Part shown: positions 61,527 through 64,000 of the stretch, in pieces
Layout of the letters: the number at the start of each line of letters is the position of its first letter
Position numbering within the stretch: position 1 is the first letter of the stretch
Origin: Candidatus Algichlamydia australiensis
GTDB taxonomy: Bacteria > Chlamydiota > Chlamydiia > Chlamydiales > JAJFMI01
DNA: 64,000 nucleotides
Assembly (NCBI GenBank): GCA_033977065.1
Contig: JAXCHI010000002.1
Coordinates: 288,001 to 352,000, forward strand
Direction of reading: 5' to 3'
Notes under the pieces: model-generated
What the model saw: the letters and a program-made list of their open reading frames with translations, nothing else
What the model was told of the DNA's origin: nothing
The model's database searches: none
Translations under genes and position numbers: made by a program

Positions 61527-62309
61527 ATGAATACATCATCTATTGGTAGCAGCGATTCTTCACAAACTATCTCCTGGTATTCTGCAGCGATCGGCGCTGC
61601 AAGCACTATTAGCGTATTTGCTATCGGCTATTTAGTTTTACGTAATTATAGCTGGAAAGGCGGTTATGTTAACCCTCTTCAAAAAACAGTCACGAGTTTA
61701 ACAAATAAATCACAAGAACAAGAAGAACATCTTGATAAGCTAAAAATACAAATTAAAAATCTAAGAAACGAACTAGATAAAAAAGCTAGGCATTTAACGG
61801 ATATTAGTGCTGAAAGAGATTGTTATTTGAAGCAAATTCATGAATATCTTGATACGGATGATGTTGAAACGAATCTTTTGAACCAAGTTAGCGAGTTTAT
61901 AGAATCTGAGGAGATAGAGTCTGAGGAGATAGAGTCTGAGGAGTCGGATTTGATGTTAGAGAACTCGGCTAAAATTCAACAGAAAGATATGCGACTTCTA
62001 TTTTTTTATACAATGATGCATCAACAACTAAAACTAGTAAGCGAAGGAGATAGTTCAGATATAGAAGATTTAATAAATCAAGTCGATACTCTTTTAAGCT
62101 TAATAGAAAAGTTTACTGAATTTGATGATTCAAGAGTTGAAAGTGCTCTAATAGAAATTTCAAACCAAAATATTTCATACAACGAAGCACTTAAAGAGCT
62201 GTCTGAATTAATTAAATCATTCAGAGAACCTGAAAAGAAACATGGGAAGGAAAAAAGGGAAATACTGAATAGGGAAGCCGAAATTGAGGAAATACTCTCA
62301 TATAGCTAA
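61527..62309 (+). CDS. Membrane-anchored coiled-coil protein with Ser-rich N-terminus
   Basis: MNTSSIGSSDSS, TM, heptads; 15-bp x3 repeat at 61899-61943 (IESEE). Confidence 0.75.
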   Translation: MNTSSIGSSDSSQTISWYSAAIGAASTISVFAIGYLVLRNYSWKGGYVNPLQKTVTSLTNKSQEQEEHLDKLKIQIKNLRNELDKKARHLTDISAERDCYLKQIHEYLDTDDVETNLLNQVSEFIESEEIESEEIESEESDLMLENSAKIQQKDMRLLFFYTMMHQQLKLVSEGDSSDIEDLINQVDTLLSLIEKFTEFDDSRVESALIEISNQNISYNEALKELSELIKSFREPEKKHGKEKREILNREAEIEEILSYS

Positions 62310-62382
62310 TTGGCATTGATTGAATTCAATTATTTAGTTAGTATGTCGTCTTAACTCTCCATTGTGCTATCATGGAATGATT

Positions 62383-62784
62383 ATGGCGATTACCAGAGAG
62401 AAATTCAGAGAAGCGCTCTTTCAAGCGCTTTTTGCTTTAGATCACGATCCTGATGGTGAGGTTATCCCTATCTTGATGCGTCAAGTTAAAATTTCAAAGT
62501 CGGCTGCTCGTGAAGTACAAGAGCGAGCGATTGAGGTTTTGGCGAAAAAAGAGGAGCTCGATGAGAAGATTTCAAGTGTTTCTGAAGGGTACAGTTTAGA
62601 GCGGATTACTCAGGCTGAGCGCAATATCATGCGACTGGGTCTTTTTGAAATTTTATTTGACGAAGAGATTCCCGGCCCTGTTTCCATTTCTGAGGCGATT
62701 CGTTTGACACGAAAATTTGGTTCGCGCGATAGTGCGAAGTTCGTGAACGCAATATTAGACAAAATTTATGTCTCCATTTCTTGA
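62383..62784 (+). CDS. nusB: Transcription antitermination factor
   Basis: REKFRE, ERNIMRLG, ISEAIRLTRKFG, FVNAILD. Confidence 0.93.
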   Translation: MAITREKFREALFQALFALDHDPDGEVIPILMRQVKISKSAAREVQERAIEVLAKKEELDEKISSVSEGYSLERITQAERNIMRLGLFEILFDEEIPGPVSISEAIRLTRKFGSRDSAKFVNAILDKIYVSIS

Positions 62785-63625
62785 ATATGTCTCTTTAGCA
62801 AAATTTACTACTTTCGGTATTGGGGGGCCTGCGCGTTTTTTTGCGGAGGTAGTCACCATTGAGCAGATGCAAGAGGTTTTACGGGCAGCAGGAGAGTTGC
62901 CCCTTTTTATTTTAGGAAATGGTTCCAATCTTCTTTTTGACGATCGCGGTTTTGACGGTCTTGTGATTCATAATAAAATTCAATTTTGTAATCGAGATGG
63001 CGGGCGTTTTCACGTAGGTGCAGGCTACAATTTTTCTCTTTTGGGTTCACAGACGTCTCGACTGGGATTTGGTGGTTTGGAATTTGCTTCGGGGATCCCA
63101 GGGAGTGTTGGCGGTGCGGTTTGTATGAATGCAGGAGCTAATGGTGCAGAGACAAAAGACTCTCTTGAGAGTGTAGGTTTTGTTGATAGACAGGGGAATT
63201 TTCAAGAGTTTTTGCGAAAAGATTTGGAGTTTTCTTACCGCACTTCTCCTTTTCAAAAGAAGGAGGGAGCGATTGTTTCAGCCATTTTTTCTTTGGAAAA
63301 GGTGGAAGGAGCACGAGAAAAGAGAGTGAAGATTGTGCGCTATCGTCAGGAGACGCAGCCGTATGGAGAAAAGTCTGCTGGCTGTATTTTTCGCAATCCT
63401 GAGAATAGCAGTGCAGGCGCCTTGATTGAGGAGGCGGGTTTGAAGGGTGTCCAGGTAGGGGGGGCAGTGGTTTCAGAAAAGCATGCAAATTTTATTGTAA
63501 ACCCTGAAGGTAAAGCGAAGGCTAAAGATGTTTTGCGTTTGATGGAGCTTGTGCAATTTCAGGTAAAGGAGAAGACGGGTAAGAAATTAGAATTTGAGGT
63601 GCGCTATGTCGGATTTTCGCGCTGA
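62768..63625 (+). CDS. murB: UDP-N-acetylenolpyruvoylglucosamine reductase
   Basis: TTFGIGGPA, GNGSNLL, GIPGSVGGAVCMNAGA, SAGCIFRNP, KHANFIVN. Confidence 0.96.
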   Translation: MSPFLEYVSLAKFTTFGIGGPARFFAEVVTIEQMQEVLRAAGELPLFILGNGSNLLFDDRGFDGLVIHNKIQFCNRDGGRFHVGAGYNFSLLGSQTSRLGFGGLEFASGIPGSVGGAVCMNAGANGAETKDSLESVGFVDRQGNFQEFLRKDLEFSYRTSPFQKKEGAIVSAIFSLEKVEGAREKRVKIVRYRQETQPYGEKSAGCIFRNPENSSAGALIEEAGLKGVQVGGAVVSEKHANFIVNPEGKAKAKDVLRLMELVQFQVKEKTGKKLEFEVRYVGFSR

Positions 63626-64000
63626 TTTGCACTGTCATTCAAACTGTTCTGATGGGACAGACTCCCCGATAGAACTGTTGCACTTGGCAAAAAAAGAGGG
63701 GCTAAGCGGGCTTTCAATCACTGATCACGATACGCTTGCTGCCTATACAAAAGAGTTTTTTTCCGAGGCAAAAAAACTGGAGCTTGAGATTTTAGTGGGG
63801 GTCGAATTTTCGGCTGATCATCGCGGTCATAGTGTCCATATTTTAGGGTATGGTGTTGACCCAGAATCTGAAGCGATGCAGAAATTGCAAAAACACCACT
63901 TGATGCGCCGAGCTAAGCGCAATCAAGCGATTTTAGATAAGCTTGCAAAAAAGGGATTTCCGATTGATCCCTTGCCAAAAGAGGGTGTTGTGGGCAGGCC
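63606..64000 (+). CDS. PHP-domain phosphoesterase, partial (runs off window end)
   Basis: Not in ORF track. ATG at 63606 reads MSDFRADLHCHSNCSDG...ITDHDT...GVEFS...HILGY. Confidence 0.9.
   Translation, partial: MSDFRADLHCHSNCSDGTDSPIELLHLAKKEGLSGLSITDHDTLAAYTKEFFSEAKKLELEILVGVEFSADHRGHSVHILGYGVDPESEAMQKLQKHHLMRRAKRNQAILDKLAKKGFPIDPLPKEGVVGR

Overview
A 64-kb chromosomal segment from an environmental member of phylum Chlamydiae. The call rests on Chlamydia-type genes and gene order: Slc1/CT043 T3SS chaperone, CT253/CT254-like pair, CT038/CT256/CT257/nifS/PP2C block, long YidC next to dnaA, DUF721-gyrB-gyrA-tmk-holB, nusB-murB. The core backbone also carries trpS, ruvB, dcd, glgX, typA, dps and a classical menaquinone cluster with no menH. 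Small accessory inserts interrupt it: a hipBA pair, a GT4 glycosyltransferase plus a 2879-aa repeat autotransporter, an AAA-ATPase/PD-(D/E)XK gene, a J-domain membrane protein, a tandem-duplicated ankyrin-like pair inside the men cluster, a Fic/Doc-like protein, a YhcG nuclease and two membrane-anchored coiled-coil proteins. The most striking unannotated signal is non-coding: four unrelated families of ~160-170 bp whole-length palindromic elements with target-site duplications, compensatory changes between arms and chimeric pile-ups, but no transposase in the window. Also noted: a perfect in-frame palindrome inside yhcG and an apparent saw-tooth G/C skew that flips at accessory inserts. No rRNA, tRNA or CRISPR array was seen. 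All alignments and counts were made by eye.
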